Shown: piece after piece, positions 19,331 to 20,000 of the stretch
How positions within the stretch are numbered: the stretch's first letter is position 1
Layout of the letters: each line of letters begins with the position of its first letter
NCBI GenBank assembly: GCA_046539845.1
Contig: JBKHGE010000002.1
Span: forward strand, 114,721 to 134,720
Direction: 5' to 3'
Source of the DNA: Desulfonatronovibrionaceae bacterium
Lineage (GTDB): Bacteria; Desulfobacterota; Desulfovibrionia; Desulfovibrionales; Desulfonatronovibrionaceae
Length of the DNA stretch: 20,000 nt
The notes under the pieces: generated by a model
Database searches by the model: none
Told to the model about the DNA's origin: nothing
The model's input: the letters and a program-made list of their open reading frames with translations, nothing else
Position numbers and translations under genes: made by a program

Positions 19331-20000
19331 TGATATTTATGGCAGCGTTATGATCCGCATTGATCTCAAGGCCGCAGGCCTCACACACGAACCGGCTCTG
19401 CGATCTCCGGTTGATCTTTGACACATGGCCGCACCAGCAGCAGGCCTGTGACGTATGGTGCGGAGGAACCTTGACCAGTTCCCCGCCACGCCAGTTCAGC
19501 TTGTAGCCGAGCTGGCGCATGAACTCACTCCAGCCTTGATCTAGGATGGATTTGTTCAACCCGGACTTGGCCCGGACGTTTTTGCCCGGCTTCTCCCTGG
19601 TCCCCTTTGCAGAATGGGACATGTTTTTCACTTGCAGGTCCTCCGCATACACCACGGCATAGTCCCGGGAAAGGGCCGTGGAATGCTTATGCAGATAGTC
19701 CAAGCGGGTATCCCGGATCTTACGGTGGACCTTGTTCACCTTCGCCTTTTGCTTCTTCCAGTTCTTTGAAAACTCCTTCTTACGGGAAAGTTTGCGGTGC
19801 TCCCTGGCCAGTTTCTTCTCCACTTTCCTGAAGGCGTTTAGCGGTTCGCCAAACGTACCGTCCGAGCAGGTGTAGAACCGGGAAATTCCCATGTCCAACC
19901 CTGTGCTTGGCTCTCGCACAGGACAAGGATCGGGGACTTCCTGCTCCACCTGCACGGATATATACCAATGCTTTCCGTCTCTGGATACAGTCACGTTCTT
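19189..20000 (-). mobile_element. IS200/IS605-family insertion sequence (IS609-like), right portion
   Basis: tnpB plus right end CAGGAATCCCCTTCC-TTTA-GGGAGGGGAGGATGTCAA: GAAT motif, subterminal hairpin (19219-19198) and terminal TCAA (19192-19189). Confidence 0.92.
19227..20000 (-). CDS. tnpB: RNA-guided endonuclease TnpB (5' end off the window)
   Basis: RuvC-I GLDMG, RuvC-II AEDL, zinc finger TSQACCWCG...CEACG, RuvC-III NADHNAAINI. The frame stays open to the window edge (KNVTVSR...). Confidence 0.96.
   Translation of the reverse strand, partial: KNVTVSRDGKHWYISVQVEQEVPDPCPVREPSTGLDMGISRFYTCSDGTFGEPLNAFRKVEKKLAREHRKLSRKKEFSKNWKKQKAKVNKVHRKIRDTRLDYLHKHSTALSRDYAVVYAEDLQVKNMSHSAKGTREKPGKNVRAKSGLNKSILDQGWSEFMRQLGYKLNWRGGELVKVPPHHTSQACCWCGHVSKINRRSQSRFVCEACGLEINADHNAAINIKTLGQRGMACGSNRTSGRKQEPPGNGDRVPVLAA

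Noticed and set aside
18966..19421. 151-aa plus-strand ORF spanning the IS junction
   Set aside because: It is antisense to tnpB and the ATPase fragment, crosses the insertion boundary and has no recognisable motif.
19189..20000. IStron (group I intron fused to an IS605 element) that would splice out and rescue the interrupted gene
   Set aside because: The element ends in TCAA, whereas group I introns require a terminal G. The left end is not visible, so this is not fully excluded.
19227..20000. Nuclease-dead TldR repressor (fliC- or oppF-associated type), given the nearby flagellar and ABC genes
   Set aside because: All three RuvC acidic residues are present, an intact transposon right end is retained, and the guide is simply the flanking DNA.

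Overview
A GC-rich chromosomal window; gene content and order suggest a sulfate-reducing Desulfovibrionales bacterium (inference). From left to right: a minus-strand flagellar export cluster (fliR-flhB-flhA-flhF-flhG, with flhG running off the left edge) behind a sigma54-type promoter; an M23 peptidase and a TtcA-family gene; a 2[4Fe-4S] ferredoxin; rpoZ-dnaJ-moaC; hisH-hisF with a coupled hypothetical gene; nth-tgt; a small J-domain protein; a secreted C69 peptidase; fdhD; a USP-like protein; a small acidic hypothetical. The right edge holds the 3' part of an IS200/IS605-family element with a TnpB whose RuvC motifs are intact. The most informative feature is absent from the ORF track: the IS right end (GAAT, hairpin, TCAA, ending at 19189) directly abuts a stranded frame VSHDYDFLDRTCD...LHVHKHAHPLGHTGHEH. 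This reads as the H-loop and His-rich tail of a CbiO/NikO-like ABC ATPase. The element therefore appears to have inserted into the H-loop of a metal-transporter ATPase gene, and its omegaRNA guide should be that H-loop sequence. Other points of interest are a predicted leaderless sigma54 transcript for fliR, degenerate motifs in FlhF and FdhD, and two structured intergenic regions.
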